28,095 nucleotides of DNA from the NCBI GenBank assembly GCA_965371515.1, contig CBDUYR010000036.1, positions 1 to 28,095 of the forward strand. The letters run 5' to 3'. The notes beneath the pieces are model-generated. The model was given only the letters and a program-made list of their open reading frames with translations. It had not been told where the DNA came from and searched no databases. Position numbers and translations under genes: made by a program. The stretch is from an uncultured bacterium. GTDB lineage: Bacteria; Krumholzibacteriota; Krumholzibacteriia; Krumholzibacteriales; Krumholzibacteriaceae. How positions within the stretch are numbered: position 1 is the first letter of the stretch; each line of letters starts with the position of its first letter. Below are positions 25,858-28,095 of this stretch, in pieces.

Positions 25858-26883
25858 TTATCGCGGCATCTGCTGGATGTCGAGATTGGTCAATCCGGCC
25901 CGTTCGGCCAGCTCTACCGCCTTCTCGAACTCCTCCCTCGTGAGTCTTCGAGAGATGTCGGGATAGCGGGAGGCCATGTAGGCGGGGGTGTACTGGGACA
26001 TGAGGTTGAGGTAGGTGTCTTTCGGGAGGTTCTCCGAAATCCAGTGGATGACCCTGCCGGTGCCGGATACGCCGTTCGGCATGACCAGATGGCGGATCAT
26101 CAGACCGCGGTGAACGAGCCCGTCCGGAGCCGGATACGCCGTGCCGACCTGACGCTGCATCTCGAGCAGTGCCTGCTGTGTCACCCTGGGATAGTCTCTC
26201 GCCCCGGCGGAATACTTTGCGGCCATCTCCCCGCTCGAGTACTTGAAGTCGGGAAGGTATATGTCGACGATACCGTCGAGGAGCCTCAACGTCTCGAGCC
26301 GTTCCCATCCGCAGGTGTTCCAGACGAGCGGCAGGTTGAGCCCCTTGCCGATTGCTATGTCGAGGGCCTGCACGATGTGGGGCGCGTAGTGGGTCGGGGT
26401 GACGACGTTGATGTTGACACAGCCCATTCCCTCGAGCTCGATCATCATTGCGGCCATATCCGCAATCTCTTTCTCGACTCCGTCGCCGCGGTGGCTGATC
26501 TCCCAGTTGATGCAGAAGACGCAGCGCAGTCCGCAGTGCGTCATGAATATCGTTCCCGAGCCGCCCCTGCCTACCAGCGGCCTCTCCTCACCGAAATGGG
26601 GATGCCAGGAGGTTATCTCGAGCTGAGCCGAAGCACCGCAGAATCCGCGCTCGCCCTCGAGCCTCTTTGCCCCGCACATGCGCGGGCAGAGCTTGCACTC
26701 TTCCATCATATCCCAGAGCATATTGCCCCGCTCACGGAGCACTCCGGCGCTGTGCATATCTAGACGGGAGTACTTGACGGGCCTTTCGGAGGAGCCGGCC
26801 GCTTCGACCATGCCGGCCCCGGCGCCGACGACAAGGATCGAGCCGAACTCCTGAAGAAATCTTCTTCTCGTCCGTTTCATCAT
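25858..26883 (-). CDS. Radical SAM protein, PflX family, with twin-arginine-like N-terminus
   Basis: CKLCPRMCG...GFCG, HFGEE.PL.G.GGSGTIF, CGLRCVFC (CxxxCxxC), NINVVTPTH, DIYLPDFKY, IRHLVMP, NLMSQYTP; start moved to MMKRTRRRFL. Confidence 0.92.
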   Translation of the reverse strand: MMKRTRRRFLQEFGSILVVGAGAGMVEAAGSSERPVKYSRLDMHSAGVLRERGNMLWDMMEECKLCPRMCGAKRLEGERGFCGASAQLEITSWHPHFGEERPLVGRGGSGTIFMTHCGLRCVFCINWEISHRGDGVEKEIADMAAMMIELEGMGCVNINVVTPTHYAPHIVQALDIAIGKGLNLPLVWNTCGWERLETLRLLDGIVDIYLPDFKYSSGEMAAKYSAGARDYPRVTQQALLEMQRQVGTAYPAPDGLVHRGLMIRHLVMPNGVSGTGRVIHWISENLPKDTYLNLMSQYTPAYMASRYPDISRRLTREEFEKAVELAERAGLTNLDIQQMPR

Positions 26884-26895
26884 GTCACCGGCCGT

Positions 26896-26904
26896 ATTAT
26901 ACCA
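26896..26904 (-). promoter_or_regulatory. Extended -10 element upstream of radical SAM gene
   Basis: Minus strand TGGTATAAT, 12 nt before the ATG. Confidence 0.5.
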
Positions 26905-26925
26905 CATCAGCAGAGAGGGGGGGCG

Positions 26926-28095
26926 TCAGTCGTAACTGAGGACCCTCGGCGCTCCGGGGGAGAGGAAGGGGATCCTGAGGTTCTTGACCGCCTCGAACCT
27001 GAACGATTCCGTATCCGCACCCTCAGGCACTACGGGATGGATCATGAACCGCACCTCGTACGCGTCGAATATCAACCTCTCGTTGTGCACTCTGAAGCCT
27101 CCGCCGAAGCTGAAGTAATACGTCTCATCAATGAAAGAATCCCATCTCGGCCCGCACTGGCCCGCTTCGGCATAAACGAAGGAGGCGGACCTGAATCCGT
27201 ACCAGTCCCAGTCCGCGAAGAGGATGCCCTCCCAGCTGAGGGTGAGTCGTTCATGGCCCTCGACACCTGTGTTGGACAGGCCTCTCAGGCCGCCACGCGG
27301 CTCTTCCAGAGCGATGTCGTTGTTCAGAAGCCTGTTATACCCGTAGATGTAGTCGATCATGAAGAAATGCCTCGCCACCGAGTGCCAGAAAGGCAGGAGG
27401 CTGCTGAACCCTCCCAGCGTCAGGGAGAATGTCCCGTCCTCGAAGCGGTCGTTGCGCCGGTAGCTGCCTATGGCGCCTCTGGCGGCGAAATATCCCGAAC
27501 TCCCGTAAAAGCCTGTATACGCCAGGTCGAAGGATAAATACGGCCTCGTAAAGAACTCGGACACGCTCGGCCCCCCCGTTACCGTGGCGAGGAATCCGTA
27601 CGGGATATCCTCGGTCCTGCCGAAGCTGAAAACCATCCTCATCTTCCGGAAGGATCTCCTGGTCAGATTGACGCTGCCGAGAAAAGCGGTCCTGTCGTGA
27701 TAATTCCGGTTCAGGTCCGCTTCGACCTGTGGACGGATATGGTAGTCGGTCCTCGTGCTTCTCGCCGAGAGTATGATCCTCGTTCTGCCTGCCTCTTCCG
27801 AATACGCCCTTCCCAGGCGGAACGACCGGCCGAGCCAGAAATCCTCGCGGTCCCATTTCCTTATCTTCGAGGGAATCTCGTCGAGGTCATCCATACCCGT
27901 GATGGATACGGCGCCGATCCATTTTATCTCCGGAGAGATATAGTCACGGCGGAGGCTCCACTTGTTGTACCGGTACGCGACAGCATCGACCCAACTGACC
28001 GAACCGTCGATAAACGTCCCGTAGATATTAGGTGCCCCATAGTAGAGCGAATGATCGGTGATCCTGTCCCGGCTGAAATCGAGTGAACCCTCCCA
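26926..28095 (-). CDS. Large outer-membrane beta-barrel protein, probably BamA/TamA(Omp85)-like (5' end beyond window)
   Basis: Frame stays open from 27894 to the window edge (WEGSLDFSRDRITDHSLYYGAPNIYGTFIDG...); amphipathic aromatic strands; FGRTEDIPYG and GGLRGLS (loop-6-like RG) motifs. Confidence 0.65.
   Translation of the reverse strand, partial: WEGSLDFSRDRITDHSLYYGAPNIYGTFIDGSVSWVDAVAYRYNKWSLRRDYISPEIKWIGAVSITGMDDLDEIPSKIRKWDREDFWLGRSFRLGRAYSEEAGRTRIILSARSTRTDYHIRPQVEADLNRNYHDRTAFLGSVNLTRRSFRKMRMVFSFGRTEDIPYGFLATVTGGPSVSEFFTRPYLSFDLAYTGFYGSSGYFAARGAIGSYRRNDRFEDGTFSLTLGGFSSLLPFWHSVARHFFMIDYIYGYNRLLNNDIALEEPRGGLRGLSNTGVEGHERLTLSWEGILFADWDWYGFRSASFVYAEAGQCGPRWDSFIDETYYFSFGGGFRVHNERLIFDAYEVRFMIHPVVPEGADTESFRFEAVKNLRIPFLSPGAPRVLSYD

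Noticed and set aside
1..28095. CRISPR arrays, tRNA/rRNA, transposases, integrases, defence systems, recoded stop codons
   Set aside because: None seen by eye: no spaced repeats, no T-loop/cloverleaf motifs, all long ORFs explained and genes end at family-typical positions

Overview
GC-rich bacterial chromosomal segment with mostly housekeeping and envelope genes. No tRNA, rRNA, CRISPR array or mobile element was seen. Left to right: an amino-sugar/lipid-carrier glycosylation operon (GT2, NAD epimerase, DegT aminotransferase cut by the edge); PAS, AsmA-like and DUF4197 genes; a stand-alone GMP synthase ATPPase subunit; a SAM methyltransferase; a secreted protein ending in a SWGxIK tail; a lipoprotein; a PurM/AIR-synthase-like gene under a clear TPP riboswitch; a small beta-barrel; an MFP-RND-RND operon with a coupled triple-repeat secreted protein and an ECF-type promoter; a lipoprotein with an internal FlgD/T9SS-CTD-like domain; typA; glnS; a PadR-HAAS pair with a tandem operator; a PflX-type radical SAM protein with a Tat-like leader; and a partial outer-membrane protein. 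The WGxIK tail and FlgD-like motif suggest an FCB-group candidate phylum such as Krumholzibacteriota/Latescibacterota (inference). Best leads: the TPP-controlled PurM-like enzyme, the WGxIK putative sorting signal, the atypical RND system and the Tat-bearing radical SAM protein. All family calls come from motif recognition by eye, with no database search.
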